From assembly GCA_949358305.1 (NCBI GenBank), contig OX442314.1, forward strand, positions 11,470,001 to 11,534,000: a stretch of 64,000 nt of DNA, written 5' to 3'. Shown piece after piece: positions 53,667 through 64,000 of this stretch. The DNA is from Strigamia acuminata. Lineage: Eukaryota. The notes below the pieces were generated by a model. It saw nothing but the letters and a program-made list of their open reading frames with translations, ran no database searches and had not been told where the DNA came from. Within the stretch, counting starts at the first letter, position 1. Every line of letters starts with the position of its first letter. Both the position numbers and the translations under genes were made by a program.

Positions 53667-53898
53667 GGTGCATTCGTAAAGTAATTTAGACTAAACAGCA
53701 TTTTAAACAACGTAATTAAACTGCGCGCCTAGATCTACTTTTTAACGTATACAAATTAGAGTTTCTAAAAGTCGCAACTTCTACATAAGTGTGAACAAGA
53801 CATAACTTCAAAAATGGCGGCCGATTTAGTCCGTTAACAGCGCACGACGTTTAAACAGCAAAACATGTTTATAACTGCAAGTTAAACGTGACTTTATG
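53667..53898. mobile_element. Dispersed repeat / MITE, same family as 19290-19443
   Basis: Shares TAAACAGC.TTTTAAACA, AAAAATGGCGGCCGATTTAGTC and TAACTGCAAGTTAAAC.TGACTTT with 19290-19443. It starts GGTGCATTCGTAAAGT, approximately the inverse of the 19.4-kb copy end ACTTTTATGAATGCGCC. Confidence 0.75.
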
Positions 53899-56800
53899 TT
53901 GTTCTTCTTACCGTTTAAACTTTCGGTAAACGTCGGACAACTTTTAATTCCTTAAGAATTATGGTACATCATTTTATACATTTAAGCGATGATTTCTTCA
54001 TGAATAAGTCAAGAGGCTTAATGAATGCTTTTGCAAATCTTTTTTTTTTTCATGTCAGAGGGTTGCAACCGAATCCTTGTAATCAAAGCATTCATTTTTC
54101 CTTCCTCTTTTCATGACAACTTCCTCCTCCAATGTTGTGTTGCCAAGTCAACTAGTGTCTTAACAAATGAAGACATCAGCTCCAACTCTTTTCTATATCA
54201 TAATTAGTCCCCAAAGAATCTTAAGCTTGTGATTTAACACGAACTATAACTCAATTCAACAAAAGCAATCTTCACATTTCTTTTTTTCTTCTTGAATTAT
54301 AACTTTGCAAAAAAAAAAAATTCTTTTTTTAAAAAAATGCAAATTTGTCGTCAGTAAAAATCGAAAAAAAAATTCCAATTATCGTATATGTTCATTTTCA
54401 TCTATAGTCAGCTCATGAAACTGCTTCCTAAACAGCAATCACGTCCAAGCAATTAAAGCCCACCTCATTAGAAGTCATTCATCATTCCATAATTGTCTCG
54501 CTTTCACGAGCTCTGTTTTCCTTAACCACCTTTGCAATAGCAGCTGTTTCTGTTACCTTTCTCTCAATAAAGATCCTTTAATGCCCTCACCAACTTATTA
54601 AAATTATCTTCTTTTGTTCAAAAATAAAAAAATAAAAAAATTCCCCCCAATTTCCACCCAATTTCGATAGATAAAAATCGAATAAAATCAATTTGGTAAA
54701 CTTAATTATTTTTAAGTGTTTGTGTAATGACATCAGCATTTTCAGAACTTGTTTTAAGTTTGCTCTCTCATTTTTTTTAATTTTTTTTTTCTATAATTTC
54801 GGTTTCTCCTGCCTCAGTCAAGCCGATATTTACAGCAAACCCAAGCAAGAGAAGCGCCGGGGATTTGGAATATCATAAAGTAATTCACACACAAATGTGC
54901 GCGTAAAGTCAATTTCTCAAGCGAGGCAATGTAACATACTTTAAATCTTCAACAACTGTGCAAAATCGGTTTCAAGATTTAAAAATCAACTTGCTCACTT
55001 TTGTATTACCTCACACCCTGACAAATGGCTGCCCATTCCTCTCTGAGAAGGATCAACGCAAAGGGAACTCGTTACAACGAACCGCGTCTCACCAGCCATC
55101 CAATCACGCATTTCAAGCACAAATCAAACGAAAACGAACCAAACAAAATTAACAATTCCAAAAAAAAAAATTAAAAACAAACATTAAAATCCAAAAAACA
55201 ATTTTCCCCCCAAAAAATCACTCAAAAATAAAATTTCCCCGTTACTATAACGAGGTCCGGAGTTATGTTTACCAAAACAGCAACATACACGCAGATTTGA
55301 TTTCCGTGCTCCGAAAAGGGCAGTGGAAGCCGACGATATTGTTTATTTATTCATTGAATTGAAACGAAATTGACTTTTTTCCCCTCTTTTCCTCCTTATC
55401 CAAAAAAGGAATAAGAAATAACGTGGCCAGTGGACAGTAAGAGGGTTAACATAATAAAAAAAAAAGAGCACTCAAATTTGATGATGAATAACACGGCCAT
55501 CTTTCACACTTATACTGCCATATTTCGGTCTACTCAAGTGCTTTAAATGTAAACATGCAAAGACGAGCTTGATGGATAATGGCGACCTATACGTGGACGC
55601 CCTCATCCTCGGGTCACCTGTCCGGTTCCCCCGCACAACTGTACACCTGCTGCCACCTGCATCTCGATATCCACCCACACCACCACCCGAGATAACAAAA
55701 AAAAATTTTTAATAATTTTTTTTATTTTTATTTTATCTGAAATTATTTTATTTTTATCTTGTAAATTGAATTTATAGATAAATTTGTATGGCACATATTT
55801 TTCCTTTGACCACTGAGGTCTGGCCTGGATGTGGCTACATAAAGGAAAAGTATTTATACGTCCCACACATGCATGATGGGCAAGTTTTCCTGCACATGTG
55901 GTCCTGCAGAACTGGCCTATTGTGACAGAAACAAAAGCAAGGCCTGGGACCTTCTTGCTCATGTCGCCCACGCTAGCCAACACCACTCGCACGACGCTCT
56001 AGTTTGCTGTGCATTTTTTCCTACGAACGGTTTATTTTTCTCGTATTTCCGGAAAAAGAAAAAATTTTAATCAAAACAAATTTTTTGAAAAATAATTTTT
56101 GTAAATTCGAATTTTTTTTTTATGTTTGAAATTGTATTTTGGGAATTGATGATGAAATGAAGAAAATTTAAATTATATTTCACTTTGAATAGCTGGTTTG
56201 GACGATTTATAATTAAAATGTTATTGTCATATATACGTGTATAACACACAAGTGGTGCGTGGGTTGGTTTTTACAGGAATAAATTCCTTTCCATTTAATC
56301 AAACGTTTGCTCCTATTTTTCTATAGTGACAACATTGAGGAAAATAACAAAATGTGTGATTCGATTTGTATTTTTTTCGTGTTATAGTTTTCTTTTCCTT
56401 TATGATAAAATACTCAATTAATTTGATTATAAAAATGTTAATTCGTGAAGCAGAGAACGTGATAGGGTTGAAAGAATATAAAGAGCAGAATATTTTTTTT
56501 TAAAGAAAAAATATATTTTTATAATTTTTTTTTTTTTTTGGTTATGATTTTAGATTTTATGTAAAAAAAAAATGGTGTTCAAAATACTTTTCGTATGATT
56601 GAGGTCCTCCATCCTGGAGTTGGAAAGCAGCCACTTGGAGGTTAGAGTCCTACTTTGCTCTACATGACTTCCACTCTCACTCACAGGTCTAGTAATCATT
56701 CCAAAATGGGACTTACCTAAGAAAAAAACGGGAAAAAATGGGATAAAATAAAAATAAAACAAAAATAAAAACATAAATTCAAAAAAAATAAATATAAATA

Positions 56801-56905
56801 CATGTATATCACACATTCAAAATCAATAAACAAATTCATAGATCAAAATATAAAATAAATAAAATAAAATAAATTCCAAATATGGACGAGATTCACACAA
56901 CACAC

Positions 56906-56937
<32 letters not shown>
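56906..56937. repeat. (ATCA)8 microsatellite
   Basis: Direct reading. Confidence 0.9.
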
Positions 56938-57422
56938 GCACAAACAAATATTAAAAAAAAAAAATTAAATAAAATTAAAAAAAAAAAATATTTGAGGCCT
57001 CTCACCCCGTTCTCTTCCAACTCTGGCGAGTGCTAGAAAAAGCAATCAAGGAGAAAAGGTGTGAGGTATCTGTGACCATTGTTCACTAGTCAAGCGCGAG
57101 CAAAAAGGGAAAACTCATGTTGCAAAGTCACACTCAACTCTCAAGAAAACCAGAGTTTAGTCTTTCTCCCTCCTCCCCGTAACCCCCCAGTCGGGTGTCT
57201 GAGCGCCGAGCCCTTGCTTAATCAGGTCACTCGAACTAAACACTTGCAGCTTCTTCCCAGTCGTGTATAGACATAATTTCCACTAGTCCGACACCGAAGT
57301 CTCAAACTTATCAGAACGGAACGGAGCAATAAGTACAAAAGAAAAAGGGGAATGCAAAAGACAATTCGTCTATAATACACAACACAAAAAAAATAAAAAA
57401 TAATAATTTTTTATTTTTTCTA

Positions 57423-57459
<37 letters not shown>

Positions 57460-59970
57460 TGAGAGCTTTTTCTTCGATGGCTGACTTGTCTCACACCGTT
57501 ACTCATCCATGCCAGTCAGGTCAGTTAATTTTTTCACCATCAAAAGTAGTGACCATGTGCACACCTGGACCGCCGATGCATGCGAGCAGAAAATTGTAGC
57601 CTTAACTTAACCAACCCCCGAAATCCAAGGGGTCTTGCACCTATTCCACCTACTGAGTCGTAAGATTGCCTGACAGACAAACTCAAAATCACGTGGACAA
57701 AAATGAAATATTTATCATAAATCATCAAAAAATCCTCGTTTTTGAGCAAATATTGTGATTTAAAACAGCACAGACAGTCCGAAAAATGAAATTTCTCTAT
57801 CTTTTTAAATATATTATTAGAAAAAAGTAGCCAGTATATCTCCGAGAGTGAAAAATGCATGTTTTCCTACTCTACCTTCTCTCGAATCCTTTCTCATGCA
57901 TATATTTCAAGCTAGTTGCCATGCAGCGAAGCCTGGACGCGCGCGCCGAGTGTATTTGAATTTATTGTGATGACCACAGCATCATACACACACACAAACA
58001 GGAAAAACGAATCTGCTTTGGCCCATTCAACTCTTTTAATCCGCGACTAGACACCATTAATAATTTCCCCTTCATTCACGACCCTCTTAATAAAAACAGG
58101 TGGAATTATATATGGAAGGGGAGGAAGTCGACTTGACCCATGTTCACTTTCACACCCATCAGCAGTGGACAATGGCCACCCCATGTTCAGGCGAGGGCTT
58201 GAGCCCGACCTCATAATGGTCAGTCTGGGAGGTGAAAACACCTTCATTAGCAAATAGGATTAGGGCCAAGTCGACCAGTGCCCATTCAGGGTGGACACGC
58301 GCTCATCACCTGACTCTTGTCCTCCCCATTTTGGGCAGGTGAAAGGTCAGGAGGGGTGAGTGGACACGTGGAGTACAGCTAAACAGTGGGGACGTATGGT
58401 TTATCGACCACAGGGGGTTCCCAAATGGATTTTTATTTAATAAAAAAAAAAATTTTTTTGTTTAGTGGTCAATTGCATTAAAAAAAAATTTTCCAAAAAA
58501 ATTATATTTAAAAAAAATTTTTTTTTTTTAGTACAGGTAGTTGAAAATGTTTAGAGAATTCGTTTCCAAAGCAACAGAGGTGTCGCGGAAGGAATTTCTT
58601 GGAATGCAATAGATAGGACAACATTATCACACAATCCAAAAGAAGAAGATCAATTTCCATGTGAATAAGGTTTGCTAAAGTTGGGATGTAACCTTGTTCC
58701 GTTTCTACTTGCCACCTTTCCCACCTATGGCAGATGGCCGCAATTTATTGGCATTTTTTACATTCTAAAACTGATTACTTTGCATGTACACAAAACTCAG
58801 CAACTTACACCAACACCATCCAATTCTAAATCAATTTAATTGTATATAAAATACAATTTTTTTTTTAAAATAAATAAATAAAAAAAAAAATTCTGAGTCA
58901 CAGATTAATGGCAGTGGTCACAATTTTCTCAAACACCAACGCCAGTTGTGGCCCTGACCACCTATTTCCTGACTTTAAGGCTATTTTCTCGCTTGTGCAA
59001 AACTGCAATTTCCTCCCTCCCCGTCACAGTTTCCCATCTGGAAAGGGAATGAAGCGAAGAGAAAAAAAAAAAAAAACCAAAAAAAAAAAAAAGAAAAAAA
59101 GAAAAGAAAAAGGGGCAGCGAAGAAGAGAAAAAAATGCAAATCTAGTGGCATTCTTCACTTTGGTCACTTTCCGTTGATCGCCAATCCCCCACCAGCAGC
59201 AAGCCACGAGAGGGCAAAGAACAAGGCATTTTCATCGAGTACAACATGGAATGCAACGTAACACGGATATACACCGACCCACGAACAACCCAATACGAAA
59301 AAATTCATTCAAAAAAATTGCATAACTCAATTTCCATGGAAATGTATTTTCCCATTTCATAATACCAAAACCCCAATGCCAAATTTTAAGGAGGTCGAAC
59401 CTCAAAGAATAAAAGAGAAAGAGCAATGTCCAAACGTAGACGCCGGACCAGACAGGGTCAGATACAAAAGGGGTTCTTTTTGTCGATAGCAGTTTTTTTG
59501 CATAGACCACGTCGAGTCGACCAGTTCAGCGCCCTCTCTTACCAGTCCCACAATCCGAATGCAAATCAGCAACATGGGTATGGGGCAAATAATAGAACCC
59601 ACTCTTTTTTTAAGCAGGTTTTTTTCTTTTTTCCTTCCACCAACTTTACCTTTCTGATTTCCCCCTATCAACTTGGTTACCAAAGCCCCTCACAACTGCC
59701 CACTCGTTGTGCCCTCCCTCTTAGCACTGGCTCCCATCGTACGGTCTGGGGTAGGGCATCCACGTCTAGACTGTGGGCCAGGCCATGTGTACTGTACACG
59801 CTAAGGGGGAAAAGAAAGGTGATCTCTGTCGATGGTCGAGTAGTTGTCATCACCAACATCCGACCCCAATGTCTCATTATACTTTACACTTTCCGTCCTA
59901 CGTCTTCACCTCCTTGGGTATCCTTTCTACACCTCGCTTCAATGTGTCGGTCCAACGGCAGACAGAAATA

Positions 59971-60249
59971 CCCTATTTTACCGATTAAGAGTCGCCCTCG
60001 AATAGTAGCCGCGGCTGACACACCAAGAATACCGTATTTTTGCAAAAGTACGGTATTGTTTCCGTATTTAACCTAACCTAACCTAATCTAATCTAACCTA
60101 GCTGAATCTAAGCACCTTAAAAACGGCATCGCTAAAATGGGCGTTGCTAAAGTAACGGAATCCGAAACAAATGTAACAACAAAATTGTAATTGCTGACAA
60201 AAATGCCAGTTTTGAATAAGAGCCGCGGCTCTTAATCGATGAAATACGG
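59971..60249. mobile_element. Non-autonomous DNA transposon with CCGTA-type termini, TA-flanked, containing (CCTAA)n
   Basis: Left end ta|CCCTATTTTACCGATTAAGAGTCGC and right end GCGGCTCTTAATCGATGAAATACGG|ta are imperfect inverted repeats. About 85 bp of the right end matches 46529-46613 in reverse complement. Confidence 0.8.
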
Positions 60250-63200
60250 TATGTGAAGACTGGAAATTGACCCAGTGCAACTCACCATTTACTGACCCAC
60301 AGCTGAGGACAGCTATGAAAACAATTCACGCTCGACACTTGCCCATTGCCAGGTTATTGCTCGTCATAAATTGTTTTGCTACAACTTGTCTCTGACCTCA
60401 TCTATATAAAAAAAAATGGAAGGAGCAAAGTTTAGGGGCTGCCAAAGTCCACTATGTGTCGGGTCAAATCCAGCTCTGAATCAAATCGTGCACCTTATGT
60501 TCGAGATGGTCTCTTTATTGATATAAATCCTCGTTGTTTATCAGGATTTATGGACGGGGAAAGAAAGGAAAAGGAAATAGGACAAAATTCCTTGTGTTTC
60601 TCTTTCTCGTTTTTGTCAATCTTCATTTCATTTGACTTTGAGCATTAATTAAGTCATCATTTATTCACTCCAAAACACACTTCAATCTGGGCGTTAAGTG
60701 AAAACCAATTTGGAGTGTAATCTAGTCTAAAATTTATGAGTATTATTACACATTAAGTGAAAGAAGGAGTGGAAAAAATAACTCCTAAGTGGCAAAAAAA
60801 GAAGAAAATATAACAAACCGTGTTGTTATACAGTGTGCACACTAAAAGTAATATGCAAGAAAATTGATTTGCTTGCCCATGTTAAAACCAGGACTACACA
60901 CACACTCGCTCTTGGCCACCTTTTCCTCTTATTTATTGCCAACCCAGCCCAGCCACCTTGGGCTGCCGTTCTTACCCCACCCTAATTAGATATTGATTGG
61001 CTGAGGAACAACACTAAAATAGAATCACTCTTTCCTACATGGCTCGGCCTCAGTATCCAGAAAACTTGCGGTGTCCTGTAAACATGAAGGAGAAGCAGCT
61101 TGGCAAACAACACCGTATCCAATAACTCAATTTTTTTTTATATATATATATATACCCCTAAAATTAAAATTGACCCAAAAATATTATAAAAATTCATATT
61201 TTGTCGATAGTAACATTACTTTTAATCCCATTGAATACTCAAAAATGAAACACTGCAATTTTTAATTCGTTTTCATAAAACACCAAAAGACGTTTGTCGT
61301 TTTTCAATTCCACACGTTTCCGATCATCATCATTAAACTTTTGTATTCAAAATTTGGTCAAATTTCGGCTTTCCCAAAAAAAAATTTTTTTCTTTCGCTC
61401 TTTCCAAAATTTATAGAAACACACTTTCCAACTTAAAAGGTATGAAAAATTTGTGCGTCCTTCTCCCTTCATTTCTTTCTCTGCTTGGACGATTCGCACT
61501 TCCTGTGGGAAATAGAATGACAATCACTCCTGTCTTTGACCCTTACAACCACCGGTCGCCATCACATTGGACACATTTTTACAATCTCCCCCTCCCCTCC
61601 CACCCCACCCCAACATTCACACTTTTAATTCTCCCAGTTACCAGACCCCATTCAACCCATTTCTTCAAATACAATTTATGATCTCTCCTTTTAAGGTCGT
61701 AAATTACAAAATTCCATTCACCATAAAACCAAAAACATTTTTATTCTCCTTTCCTTCCATCTAATGACGTCACGCCCCTGCGTTTCTTGCAGAAAAAGGG
61801 AAGGGTTAAAAATCGACCGACGCCAAGACGGTAACCTCTAGAGGGCTGGGCAGAAAACAAACGCGTATCTGCGGGGTGAGGTGGGATTCTTCGTCTTCTT
61901 GTTGCCACCTCGTGCACGTCATCAGGGAAAAAGGTGGCTGCAACCAGAATGGCATTGTGGAGTTCATGGCAAGAGGAAGGAAGGTCACCTGTGTTTTTAT
62001 GCCGACCCTGGAAGGTCCACCCCACACCTACCCACCTGCTACTGGCCGTCATGGATTGCTTGTCAATAGCAAGTTGGAGGCCAAATCATGCAGTGGACAC
62101 ACCCGAGTTATAATAAAAGAGTGGAAAAAATCACCTGCAGCTGTCACTTGCATTTGCCTTTTTTAATGACGAAGCAAATGAAAAGTGAAAAGGTGGTTTG
62201 GACATGTCTAAAAAGGGAATAGAAAAAAATGTTCGCATATTTTTTTATGTCGCGGGTTATGAGCCTCGGTGTCATTCAAACGGGTAATTAGCTGAAATTT
62301 AAATTTAAATTTATTTCATGTTTTGACCTTTGCTCGTTTTGTTTATTTCTTCTGCGATTCGAAATGACGAGTGATGAAAATGAGATTTCTTTTTTTTTCT
62401 TTCTTCTTTTAAATGACTGCATTATTATGATTATTATTACTTTTTTTTTTTAATTTATTTTTAGGTGTAAGAATGATGCAACCCCTAGTGAGTCAGCGTG
62501 GAATAAAAATCAGTGTGTGGTCAGCCAACAAATTCAAGCCTCGGGCTGGTTCACATACGTAACCCATGAAAAGTTGTTTAATCTTTCATTTTTATTTTAA
62601 AAAAAAAAATAATAATAAAAAAAAAAAAACTTGTCATTTCCACAAAAAGAATCCGGGACAAACACAATTTTTGACCAAACCCACAAGTGGAATTCAAACC
62701 TATTTGTTATCACGTTAAAACCAACTTTTAATTTATTAGGTCCCTCAAACTCAAGGTTAAAAAACGTTAATTAAAGAAAAAAATAATCCTTTAGTAAACG
62801 AATGGTAATGAGGTCAAGTTTTGAATGTCCAGTGTCAAAATAAGTGAGCATTTATCAAGCTAAAAACCCGATAAGACTTTGAGAAAAATATATGCAGCGA
62901 AGGGTGGAGGCTCAGGGTGAGGACAGAAACGAATTTTAAATGTTTCTTAATCTTGGCGTGTTCGTTCCCCTTCCTCACCTGAATGTTGTAACTATTAGAC
63001 AACAACATGTCGTAATTTCATCATTTACACAGGGCGTGTTGTCGAGTTTGTGATTAAACTTGCAACTTCATTCAAAGTATAAAATGAGCCGCTAATTGCG
63101 AGTACAAAACGAAAAAATCTCCTCGTAAATTTGACTGCGTAATTAAAGCAGATAAACATGTAATGTTGCTTGTCACATCTATCAACGTATAACACAAAAA

Positions 63201-64000
63201 AAAATATATTAAAATAAATAAATGCTTTTCTATGTATACTTTTTAAACCATTTATTTAAATTCATACCTATGGGAATGTCACAATATTATTTTAAGCCTA
63301 AAATAATTTTATTTTTTAAAAAGAAAGAGGGAAAAAAAATCTAAGTGGGTGAACATTTCATTCATGATTTTTTTATTTTTTTATTTTATTCGCTTCGCAC
63401 TAATTTTTGAATGAATTATTTGCTGGAATGAAATCGCGCTCAACACATGTTGAATTTAATCAAGCGCGTGTCACACACAAAACGCTCCCGTTTCATTTTG
63501 TGCCAACAAGTTGGTTGGGTCGTCAAATTTTATGGAGGGAGAAATAACATCAGCAATGAAAATTTCAAGAGGAGTTAAAGAGCTTTTTCCTAACAAAAAA
63601 TGCAAATTCGTGTCGCAAAACGTAAAAACTCAAAAAATTCAGAACAAATTCCTTTTCAAAATCACATTTCATTTATAAAACGCTTTTTTTGAGTAAATAA
63701 ATTTTGAAAAAAAAAATTAAAAAAAAAAAATAATTGACCAAGCGCTTCCTTGCAACGGATAATTCACACATTTAAATTACCGTGTATGTTTTTTCCCACC
63801 ACAAATAATCACTGTAATTAGTCTGAGGGTGAGCACAATTAGGCTTACACAACCTAGCTGCCTCTTGCACCTTTTTCTTTCACTCTTGATCGGTCCAACG
63901 AACTCAAACCCATTAACCAAAAATAAAAATCCAAAAAGCAAACAAATCCTCAAAAAACACAACAACAACAAAAAAAAATTATCAGTTTAAAAAAAAAAAA

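Larger units (their letters stand above)
26975..64000 (-). other. Probable large (>37 kb) upstream intron of the BCL11-like gene; start-codon exon not found in the window
   Basis: The ZF0 exon starts at a phase-1 acceptor, so an upstream coding exon is required. There is no recognisable coding sequence here. The same plus-strand poly-A skew as the downstream intron continues to the window end. Confidence 0.6.

Noticed and set aside
59426..60076. 216-aa plus-strand ORF
   Set aside because: No recognisable motif or codon bias; it crosses poly-T runs and runs into a MITE.
17262..61511. About 10 Su(H)/CSL-type YGTGRGAA matches (e.g. 17625, 19713, 27153, 32144, 53298, 61504)
   Set aside because: Only slightly above rough chance expectation for 45 kb; no paired-site arrangement seen.
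26975..64000. Search for an N-terminal exon encoding the vertebrate NuRD-binding MSRRKQ motif
   Set aside because: Not found by eye; its absence cannot be interpreted because exon 1 probably lies outside the window.

Overview
AT-rich eukaryotic genomic DNA from an invertebrate animal, probably an arthropod. It is dominated by one minus-strand gene, a BCL11/CTIP-family zinc-finger transcription factor (BCL11A/B; Drosophila CG9650/Chronophage-like). Two coding exons are resolved with in-phase GT-AG boundaries: 26974-26363 (N-terminal C2HC finger) and 14154-12065 (ZF1, ZF2-3, acidic and His tracts, ZF4-6, stop). A 12.2-kb intron separates them. I could not find the start-codon exon; it probably lies beyond 64000. 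A probable ~5.5-kb 3' UTR ends near AATAAA at 6602-6597. The rest of the window holds a decayed Ty3/gypsy gag relic (~1.9-2.8 kb), several MITE families, foldbacks and microsatellites. Most striking observation: the introns contain about 70 hand-counted copies of TGACCA/TGGTCA, the motif bound by vertebrate BCL11A C-terminal fingers, roughly 2.5-4 times the ceiling expected from base composition. This suggests large-scale autoregulation. Nearly all other ORFs in the track look spurious.
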